Assembly (NCBI RefSeq): GCF_001194135.2
Contig: NC_068986.1
Location: 103,591,023 to 103,655,022, forward strand
DNA: 64,000 nucleotides
From: Octopus bimaculoides
Taxonomy: Eukaryota
Direction: 5' to 3'
Shown: positions 63,914 to 64,000 of the stretch, in pieces
Position numbering within the stretch: the stretch's first letter is position 1
Layout: each line of letters starts with the position of its first letter
Notes under the pieces: generated by a model
Databases searched by the model: none
Told to the model about the DNA's origin: nothing
Seen by the model: only the letters and a program-made list of their open reading frames with translations
Made by a program: the position numbers and the translations under genes

Positions 63914-64000
63914 CAAGGTCATCCCATAAGTTCTGTCCGATTTTACCTTTTTTTAAATTGAATGAAATTTAATAGGAATTTAGAATGTCTAATGGAATTA

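Overview
AT-rich, repeat-dense animal DNA with 14 N-gaps. The SINE and microsatellite content suggests an octopod cephalopod (inference, not a database result). The only host gene I can support is the 5' half of a mitochondrial pyrimidine-nucleotide carrier (SLC25A36/SLC25A33/Rim2 family) on the minus strand. Its coding exons are 48717-48757, 29807-30049 and 11772-11849, all GT-AG and phase 2, separated by introns of about 18.7 and 18.0 kb. None appears in the ORF track, and exon 4 onward was not found in the window. A CpG-rich promoter-like block lies at about 48.94-49.08 kb. The rest is at least five SINE-like families, DNA-transposon/MITE remnants (several with clear TIRs and TSDs), LINE fragments (RTE-like, R4/Dong-like), a mariner-type transposase relic, foldbacks and simple repeats. 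Two observations stand out. (1) A tRNA-headed (Pol III A/B box) short element carries a Penelope-type minimal hammerhead ribozyme (six motifs at five loci) and repeatedly shows inverted terminal segments, making it a candidate Penelope-mobilised, ribozyme-bearing SINE. (2) The first coding exon of the carrier gene is tandemly triplicated, and one duplicate keeps ATG, frame and donor with only synonymous changes in its conserved core. SINE boundaries are approximate (about +/-10 nt), and family letters A-E are my own labels.
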